DNA of 63,447 nt, counting the filler, from Lenisia limosa (Eukaryota; Protista; Breviatea): assembly GCA_001655205.1 (NCBI GenBank). It is 17 parts of 17 records of this genome, joined end to end, with 100 filler letters (N's around TTAATTAATTAA, not from the genome) between each part and the next. Parts side by side here need not be neighbours in the genome. Positions count along the whole stretch, not along the records: positions 62,151 to 63,447 come from LPNZ01002015.1; 16 more parts are not named here. The stretch is one strand, 5' to 3'. This document shows positions 62,222 through 63,447 of this stretch, piece after piece. The notes under the pieces were generated by a model, which was given only the letters and a program-made list of their open reading frames with translations, searched no databases and was not told the origin of the DNA. Each line of letters starts with the position of its first letter. Within the stretch, counting starts at the first letter, position 1. The position numbers were made by a program, and so were the translations under genes.

Positions 62222-63093
62222 CTGTTTAGACGGTTGGGGGTCAGCGGAGAACCCGTCGAGACTGTTCCACATAGAGGTAGATCTGACTTCCTCTAACTGG
62301 AGGGGGACGAAGTAAACCGGGGAATTTGGGGTAAAGGTAAAATTGGAAATTTATGAAACATATACGAGAAACGCCTTGAAACACTTGCATACCCCCCTCC
62401 CACCACCCGGCAAACACAAACGCTTCAAAATAACAGCAAGTGCCACCCTACCCTCTCAGTCAGACTGTCAGCAAGCATGCGTTCGGCCTCTTCGATCGCC
62501 TCGCGGCGGTTGTCAACGGTCTTCGAGTAAGTCGCCTCGAACTTCCAGATTTCCTTGGAGCCCTTTATGAGACTCAACAGTTCCCATTCTATTGTGAAAC
62601 TTGCCTACAACGATTAATTCCGTGGTGAATTTAGGTTTTTTTTTGCGGAACTGTGTGATCATTGAGACTTTACCGCAATAAAAAAGCTCCGAAACGAATT
62701 TAAAATGCAGTTTCCATTGCTTATGTTTGCCTTTTGCAACTGCCCCTTTTATTACTACAATGGGACGATATGATTATATTCACTGATAACTATTAGAATA
62801 ATAAAAAATAGGACGAGGAGCTAAGAGAAGCTAGCTGACACCGAATATATCATATCTAGGGCTTCTCTACGGTTCGAAAAAGAACGGTAAAACATCGATA
62901 TATATCGAAGATTTATCGAGAAATGCAATCTTTTTGGGACCGTAGGGAAGACCATCATAGCATTTATATATTCATCAAACCCCCTCTCTCACCTTAATCG
63001 TGACTTGCATTTGGTTGGAATCACCGTAAATGGGGATAACAAAATCCAAGCTAGCTGAGAAAGAAATTGACAGGGAAGCGACAGGACCAAAAT
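62222..63093 (-). CDS. Putative gene fragment, unknown
   Basis: Three clean exons: FGPVASLSISFSASLDFVIPIYGDSNQMQVTIK / GSKEIWKFEATYSKTVDNRREAIEEAERMLADSLTER / LEEVRSTSMWNSLDGFSADPQPSKQ. Confidence 0.55.
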
Positions 63094-63300
63094 CTGGGGG
63101 GGGGGGGTAAAATTGGAAAATTTATAAAGCAAAAAAAGCCCAAATCGACTCTGTTGGCTGACATCACACAAGCAAATAACAGGCCAGTCACTTCTCAGGG
63201 ATTAAAAGGAAGGAAATTTTGATGAAGAAAATTGGCGTAAAGGTACTAATCACGAACCAAATAACCTGCAAAATTGGAAAATATATGAAACAAAAAAAAA
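63094..63300 (-). repeat. Composite repeat C+D+C ending at a 3' splice site
   Basis: Minus strand ...GTCAGCCAACAGAGTCGATTTGGGCTTTTTTTGCTTTATAAATTTTCCAATTTTACCCCCCCCCCCCAG|ATTTTGG. Confidence 0.8.
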
Positions 63301-63447
63301 GCGGGTAAAACGGAAGAAATTTAGATGATTCTTTCACCCAATCATTAGCCTTAAAACTCGGTGAACACCGCTTTCTGAGTGCCTCCTAAGCATATTGATT
63401 CCCAACTGGTTTGTCGTATAACCCCGCTTCCCTACCAAGCTCATAGT

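Overview
Intron-rich, AT-rich eukaryotic (protist-like) draft sequence. It is not one locus: 16 artificial 100-bp spacers (N44-TTAATTAATTAA-N44) join 17 small contigs, so neighbourhood across spacers means nothing. Manual exon stitching with GT-AG introns and the standard code supports these genes or fragments: a CATSPER2-like channel, a complete ZIP zinc transporter, importin-11, neurofibromin, a PIP-kinase, a cNMP-binding protein, a class III nucleotide cyclase, probable TFIIE-beta, a SANT/Myb (Rrn5-like) protein, a GCC2/GCC3 Cys-rich protein, a secreted Sushi+RCC1 protein, a long coiled-coil protein and several unknowns. Introns are full of short DNA-transposon derivatives: about 25 copies of a ~95-bp TA-flanked MITE, a CAGTG-ended Tc1-type MITE, a decayed Tc1 transposase and fold-back elements. 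The most unusual signal is a dispersed repeat whose end forms or abuts the 3' splice site in about ten introns of unrelated genes and which occurs once as a long inverted pair bounding an intron (introner-like behaviour). Several splice junctions are also tandemly duplicated. No rRNA, tRNA or CRISPR was recognised. All alignments were by eye from remembered family motifs; coordinates may be off by a few bases and gene ends are often hidden by N gaps.
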